A stretch of 57,203 nt of DNA, the filler included, from Sphacelaria rigidula (taxonomy: Eukaryota): the NCBI GenBank assembly GCA_964200075.2. It is 3 parts of 3 records of this genome, joined end to end, with 100 filler letters (N's around TTAATTAATTAA, not from the genome) between each part and the next. Parts side by side here need not be neighbours in the genome. Positions count along the whole stretch, not along the records: positions 38,204 to 57,203 come from CAXNAA020000753.1; 2 more parts are not named here. One strand, written 5' to 3'. Below the pieces are notes generated by a model. The model did not search any database and was not told the origin of the DNA. It saw nothing but the letters and a program-made list of their open reading frames with translations. Position numbers and translations under genes: made by a program. The first letter of the stretch is position 1. Every line of letters begins with the position of its first letter. Positions 50,814-57,203 of the stretch are shown here, piece after piece.

Positions 50814-53800
50814 ATGAAAATGTGCCCCGACCACTACCACAGGTTGAATTGCCGGCAGCTGCTGCTGGAGTGCCTGTGTTCCGGCGCCAGCGAAGTGAAG
50901 CACTGCGTCGACGTGTGTCGTGAGCTTTGCCGACGAGGAGGATGGATATCTGACCCGCAGTTTCCGGGCATACACCTTCGCGTTGAGGTATAGTAGGATA
51001 CGGGGCAGGCCACCTTGAACATTTCGAAAATCCAAAGTCCGCTTGTCGTCAACGGCAGTGGCTGAACCCCCCGCCGCGACGTGTAACTTCATGGAAATGT
51101 CTCGCCCACATATTTCAGTAGGAAGCTTTTTTTAATCTAATGATGAGTGCGCGCGGTTTTATTGTCACGTACAGCGGAGGTTGGGCTTTCTTGTTGCCCC
51201 GATGTGATGAATTACACTTTGTATTAATGGCACAGTGTGTAGTATGCAGCCAACAGGGAGCAACTAGCCGACCGAACTATGTTTCACACGCATTCGCGGC
51301 ACTTATCGAGCGCGATCTCTCAGTCCCGAAGGGGCTGGTTCTCTACGCATGGGTTCGCGTTTGCTTTCTGGTGTCCATCTGTCATTCTCCCTCCCCCGCC
51401 CCCCGCTGGCGTTTCGCTCTCCCTACGAGGGGATGCTCTGTGTGATCTGCGGAGTTCTAAGCTGTGCTGAGTGTCGTGGTTCATTTTTTCTGTCGTGGTT
51501 CGTTTTGCCGGTGGTGGGGGTCATATGCTCACACCGCCCAGTTCATCCGCATCCCTCCACCCTTTTTCCTTGTTTGATGGACCTTTCATTGCATAGGTGG
51601 GTCCGTCTTTTGTTCCATCTTTACCACTGCGGGCTAGACATATCTCACGATTTAGTGTCCACTTTGCCAAAGTGTCTCCTTGCGGAAAATATGCCTGAAT
51701 TCTCCGTAGTCAAACGGTTTCATGTGTCCGTACGTGTATTTCACGGTTTGTCTGTCCACATGTCTGCCTGCCTGCCTGCTTGCTCGCCTGTCTTCTTGCC
51801 TGTCTGTGTTTCTCTGTTTTTCTCGCTCGCGGCCGCAGATGGAAGAAGTCAACGGCGGCAGCAATTCGCCCTCCAGCGGTATTGGACTGGAGAGCTCATC
51901 GGCGCCTTGTGAAATAGACGCGGCGCAGTCAACACGAGAGCGCACACCCACAGCGAAGACGGATGAAGAAGCACAAACGTCAGCAGGATATCAAAGTCAA
52001 CAACAGCAGAAGGTGTTATGCGCCGTTCTCAGGTTTTTCCGGGGCGCCGGAGCAGCGGAGAGAGGGAAAACGCCGCCCGCGTCGCCACCGGCGATCGAAC
52101 CGGCCAGTGAAGCGGAGGGGGCGATCGATGGAGAGCTGCGGGCGGAAGTGGTGGGTGATGCACGGCTCGCAACGTACCATCTTCCGGGAGGAGTGAAGGT
52201 GAGCGGCCGAGGGATTCTGCCGCTACTGTCCCGTACACACTTGAGGCTAGTGGTGGCAGTGGTCGTAGTATAGTACAGTAGCGCGCGTGCTTCATCTTTG
52301 CTTCGTAGCCGATCTTCAAGAGAGGCAACGAGCTGAAGTGTTTCGCATTAGGTTCGTCTGTATGCCGCGATAACTTCGCCTTTGGGTTTTGCAGTGGGCT
52401 ATGCTTCACAACAGGCCGTCGTCGGTATTTCGTTTTCAGTTAGTCGAAGGTCTCGGAATATTGTCAATACGCGGATTCCCTGTGTGCGTTTGTGTGTGTA
52501 TTTCGTGTGTGTATCGTTTGCTGTGCAAGGTGATGGCAAGAGAGGTGTCTTCCGACGAGAGCAGTCGCAAATCGATCACCCTCGAGCAGCTATTTTCGCA
52601 TCGGGTGCACGGCGTGGACAACACGGGCAACGTGAAAGTATGGCCGGCCGAACAGGCGCTTTTGCGCGTTCTGCTCTCTCGGTGAGATTTCTTCGCTTTT
52701 TTTTCTTCATTTATTTCCTCCCTTGGGGAGGGGGGGGGGTTGAGCTTCACGAACGCTGTAATAGTACTTGGACGGTGCAGCACTCGTATGTGCGAAGGTA
52801 TGAAAAATGAATATTTTTCATCATCGTACATGCCACGCACACGAGACACACAACCCACGCCACTGCAGGTGTTCATAGATTTCTGGACTCAGCTGTTCTT
52901 GACTATTTAAAAAAAAAGTGGCCAAGATTGCTGCCGACGAGACCGTCAAGTACACTAACCCAGAATCAACTTAGTATTAGTTATAGTATGCAAGAACAGC
53001 AAAATCTACACAACGACGACCGTCTATTTTTTATATAGTAGTAGGATGAAGGTTCATTTCGTCCTCAAGCCCCCAAACCTCTTACACGTGGCTGTTTCTC
53101 GCTTGGTTAATTATTCGTGTTAACCTCACGAACACCCTCCCTCACATCAGATGGTGCTGTGAACCAAGGTTTATTTTACCACACTTGTACCCCACCTACA
53201 CGAGGTAGCAGGAGCCAGCACAACACCGACGGGTATTATTTTTGGGTCCTGTGAGTGGAGCACGCTGGCGTGTTCATTAGGGAGTGGTATACAACGTACC
53301 CGTCACGGCTCTGTAGCGATCGGTATGGTGCCAAAATAGCCGATCGCTCAGCATCCGGGGGTTCCTTCCGGGGGCGTTATCCGGCGTACGGGCGTTACAC
53401 TGTACCACATACGGCATACGATTGGATTGCTCGTGTGTCCTGGCGGGACCGTTGTAGAAGATCACGAGACACTGGGAATTCCAACATCATGCGGTAACAC
53501 TCGCTCGTCGCAAGCCGAACTGCTGTTTTATTCTTGTATCTGTTCGCTATGCCTTCGATCGACTCCTCCCCTTTCTCGGGACGAATTTCCGTGCTACCAA
53601 CGTCCTCATGCTTTCAACGACGGGCGGCAGATCCTTCTCAAAACGATCATAGCCGTTGGTGTACCAGTTGGGCCACTGGGAAGTGGCACATTGCTGACAA
53701 TGAATGTACCCTACCAGTGTAGTCGTGGGCCCCGTTATAGTGCGGTCATGTCGGGGTGGCGAATCAACCTACCACACCCTAGTTAGACCCTCACGGTATA

Positions 53801-55212
53801 GAAAAGTACACTTCACTCCAGAACGTTAGGGTTCGCTGTGGACTTTCCAGTGCTCATACGTGTAGTCCTCGGCGGCAGCGATAGGATTCCATGGGAATAT
53901 GTTTTCAGGAGGGGAGTTTTTTTGTTTTCCTCAATAATGAAAAGAGTGCGCATTTTTTCATATGTATCAGGATAGAAGAGAACTCGGCATCGTGTGTTTG
54001 TGCAGCAAAGCATCGTGGTTTGGTGTGCTTCGATGATGACGTATTCGTATAATTCTGGTTCGTTTCGTTATTTCTGTTACTGTCAGTGCTGGGTGGGTAT
54101 TTCACCGCCCTTCTTGAAGAGTTTCTCAATTATTTACAACACTGCAAGATAACCAAAGGTATATATGCCTTAGAAATTATCCCCCGAAAAAGGGGTGTAT
54201 GCACGCTTCTTACGTCCATGTAGGCTTCCTGTAGTAACTGAACACATCTCGTAGGTGGCCATTTAATGGTCACTATCTCCGAGCGTACGGTCGTGGAAAG
54301 AGATTCCCCTGTCGCCCCCTGCCAAGTACGATCCGTCCGGTTGTCCAATACATCATTAGACCACCTATCATAGCTTGGTGTTGACCGTATTGATACCTCA
54401 CCTCTGCATTTGTGTGGTCGCCCAGCATAACTATGACACATGTATTCCCCTGCAGAATCTGTTTTCCCCCGTTCAAAACGTGAGGATATAAATGGTCTAC
54501 GTTGTTGTCTAAAGAGATCAACCCATTTCTTCCTCAGTACACTCTCTACATCTTGGCATGGCGGATTGGATCAGCACTTACTCTGTCGCTCAGTCAACCA
54601 CCTTTCGTCTACTAACGCCCTCATGCTTTCAACGGTGTAAATCAGATAAATCGAGGGGAAAACCCAACGCATCGGGAATCGAACCCATGCTCTCCCCACT
54701 CTAATGGTGACAGTCGGACAATTTTAATTTACATCACCGGGGCGCAGCGGCACAACAATGTCAAGGAACATTTGACCGAATCTCAACATTTTCAGCACAC
54801 TTTCCCGATACCGCAAAAACACACATGTTCAGCGGCGGGACGTACGCCACCGCAGTTTCTCGAGAAAACCGGGGTTCGGCTTTCATTTCACCCCGGGTGA
54901 TAGACATACTCCGTGTATCAGGTGACCTACGGTAGCTGTTTTATCACTCGTTTGAGACTCACTCCTCCCTTCCCTTCCCCGCCTCCCTACTGTCTCTGTT
55001 TCGTCTCAACGCAAACACCTGTCTTCTCCTCGACCACCCTTCACGTTTGTTTTGCTGTCGACAGTCCCGCTGCACCATTGCTAGCCGGCGCGAAAGTGTT
55101 GGAACTAGGGGCCGGCATGTCCGGCTTAGCGGGACTGGGTGTTGCCGCCAGTTCAAGTGCTAGCAACGTGGTGATTACCGACGGAAATCCCGAAGCCGTG
55201 GCCAACCTACAG
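50814..55212 (+). CDS. CAMKMT: Calmodulin-lysine N-methyltransferase-like (class I SAM-dependent, family 16), spliced, 3' exons unresolved
   Basis: Exons 50814-50987 (tentative), 51839-52198, 52530-52681 and 55065-55212 join in phase with GT-AG ends. HGVDNTGNVKVWPAEQALL matches the CaMKMT DNTGNVxxWPxE motif; KVLELGAGMSGLAGL is SAM motif I; VVITDGNPEAVANLQ is the post-I motif. The C-terminal half was not found and may lie beyond the window. Confidence 0.85.
53590..54745 (-). mobile_element. Two degenerate tRNA-related SINE-like copies in a CAMKMT intron
   Basis: Shared core CTAC(C/T)AACG(T/C)CCTCATGCTTTCAACG at ~53594 and ~54610. Minus-strand head CCCCGGTGATGTAAA...GGGTTCGATTCCCGA (B-box) at 54742-54672. 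Confidence 0.45.
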
Positions 55213-56147
55213 GTGGAGCTTGAGCATTAACCCTGTTCTACCCCCTCCCTGACGCACCCACACTGTCATCATCCATTTTGGTCCGAAGGTTCGATTATCG
55301 TTGATCGAAACGTGGTAAAACTGGTGATTTTTTAGTTTGAAGAGCACATATTCCACTGTTAGAGGGGGGGAAATAACGCCGATAAGAGAGGGGGACCTGC
55401 CCTGCAGGTTGATGGTTGGCAACCCTTCGGAATTCCAAGTGGCCATTTTTAATGTCAAGCATGCCCCATGTGTGCAAGTTATTTGCGTGATTTTCTATTT
55501 TAATGTACGAATGCTCTTGCGGTACGTCAAAATGCATGAAAGACCATGTTATCTGATCAGGAAAAAAACAGTCGAAGTTAAAAACCTACTAAGTAATGAC
55601 GTTCTACGATCCGTGTACCGTACAACCTGTTCTATTCTTGTGTGTTGATTTTCGTTTTTTGCACTGTACGCCCTCTCCCTTTACTCTTCTTTTTTTGTTC
55701 TTGTCTTCTTTCAACCTGTGCGTTGCCGACTACAGCGCGAAAGACGTTATTCCCGCATGTTCGCGTCTGAATCCTGTGACCCAGGAAGCGGTGGAGCAGG
55801 GGTCCCGTTTACGATATCGTTGTCCGCTCATTATACCTGTTTGTTTGTTCTTGTAACAAAAGTCAAAGCATTCATGTCTAGAACCTTAGCGGTCCCATTC
55901 ACTACGTCTTGTTCATATACAGCATTTCGTTCTGTGGTCGATGAGTGTTTTTATTGGGGACATTCTTCGATGATGGGATACTCGTGCGGCTTTCCGTGGG
56001 GAGGAAGACCATGTGTTTGTTTCATGGGGAAGGTCAAGGACAGAATGTACATGTCAGTGCGTACTGTAGCCCTTTGACTGGCGATTGCAGCTAATCTTAG
56101 AAGTCACATGCATAACCCAATGAGCCGTTCCTGGGACGTCAACCGAT

Positions 56148-56306
56148 CGATTGATTGGTTGATTGTCTGCAGTAGCATTAGCTGATCCAGCACGGAGCCA
56201 GCCGTGGTCACAAAAGTGTATGTATATATGTATGAATGAATGAATGAGTGAATGAATGTATATATGTATGTGTGTATGTATGTATGTATGTATGTATGTA
56301 TGTATG
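56148..56306 (-). repeat. Solo LINE 3'-tail copy adjoining (ATGA)n/(ATGT)n microsatellite
   Basis: Minus strand GTGACCACGGCTGGCTCC...GATCAGCTAATG...ACAATCAACCAATCAATC at 56148-56211, similar to 410-482; (TATG)n at ~56274-56305. Confidence 0.65.
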
Positions 56307-56465
56307 CACTCAAGAGTAGTATACAGATATAGTCGCTGAACGAAACTCGATTGGATTTTTTTCATTTTATTAGATTTCACGAGCTCTCTTTCCCCCCGTG
56401 AAGAAATTAAATAAAGAATCCTGAAACACTACAGGCTGGACCGTCTAAGACGCGGACAGGGATGT

Positions 56466-57100
56466 GAACACGCGATTTAACAGCTGATTTTCAGGTTGTT
56501 TTCAATGAAATTTTGACACGATGTACAGGATGTATGTGGCAAGATGCCACCTTTTCCCTCATATATATATTTTCCTTTTTTTTCAAGTTATTCACGATTT
56601 TGTTCCGAAAAACTGTTCTGAAATGTTTGGTCCCCGATAACTCACGCAGAAAAACAAAATATGTAGAGGGGGAAAGGTGGCGTCTTCGCAGATACATCAT
56701 GTACATCGTGTCAACATTTCATTGAGAACGACCTGAAACTCAGCTGTTAAATCGCGTGTTCGTGTCCGAGACTGGTTCCAAGTGGAGAATTACCAGCCAC
56801 GAAAAAATGAAACGCGGTTATGCTGTTGAATTTAAAGTATTTTTTCACGAAATTTCGACACGATGCGCATGAGGTATGTTTTGAACTCCCTTTTGTCTCC
56901 CCTTGACCTTTTATTTTATTTTATGAGTTGACGACGCTTTTGCATCAGACAAAAATGTTCCGAATTTTAGATCACCAATAACATACAAGGGGGAAAAAAA
57001 AAAGAGGGGGTAAACGGTAGGGGATTCACATATACCCCGTGTATACCGTGTCAAAATTTCACGGAAAACGACTTCAAATTGAGCAGTGAAATCGCATTTT
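56466..57100. mobile_element. Two tandem ~295-bp palindromic (foldback) units
   Basis: GAACACGCGATTTAACAGCTGA...GACACGATGTACA (from 56466) is inverted by TGTACATCGTGTC...CAGCTGTTAAATCGCGTGTTC (to 56761); a more diverged second unit spans 56810-57100. Confidence 0.65.
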
Positions 57101-57203
57101 TCTGCCGAGAACCGGTTCACTTGCTTTCAGAGTACAATAACCTCAGCCGGAACTTTGACGTTTTCTACAAGCGCGACGCCTTGGCACGCTGGAGGTCTCG
57201 TCT

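Noticed and set aside
54665..54745. tRNA gene
   Set aside because: Only a B-box is recognisable; no acceptor stem or D-arm pairing, so treated as a SINE relic.
55735..56077. Next CAMKMT exon after CTACAG
   Set aside because: The frame is open but lacks the expected L.W and D.I.A.DC motifs, so it cannot be supported.

Overview
Eukaryotic, intron-rich genomic DNA; gene content and repeat style suggest a brown alga (Phaeophyceae), which is inference. The window is three blocks joined by artificial 100-bp linkers (44 N + TTAATTAATTAA + 44 N at 19003-19102 and 38104-38203), so synteny across them is unreliable. Three spliced genes can be reconstructed by hand: a ~17-exon DNAAF5/HEATR2 (dynein axonemal assembly factor 5) on the minus strand (8828-~17908); a 5'-incomplete TMEM131-like gene on the plus strand (~20761-34669) ending in a 4.5-kb exon; and a 3'-incomplete calmodulin-lysine N-methyltransferase (CAMKMT)-like gene on the plus strand (~50814-55212). 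A possible orphan gene lies at 38754-41790 (minus). The rest is repeat debris: a decayed RTE-type LINE 3' end and two solo copies of its tail, a decayed gag of an LTR retrotransposon, MITE/foldback elements (one nested in a copy of itself), piggyBac-like MITEs, tRNA-like SINE remnants, and micro/minisatellites. I found no convincing new biological system. The best leads are a duplicated, stop-containing pseudo-exon in DNAAF5, the TMEM131 architecture, and the self-nested foldback MITE.
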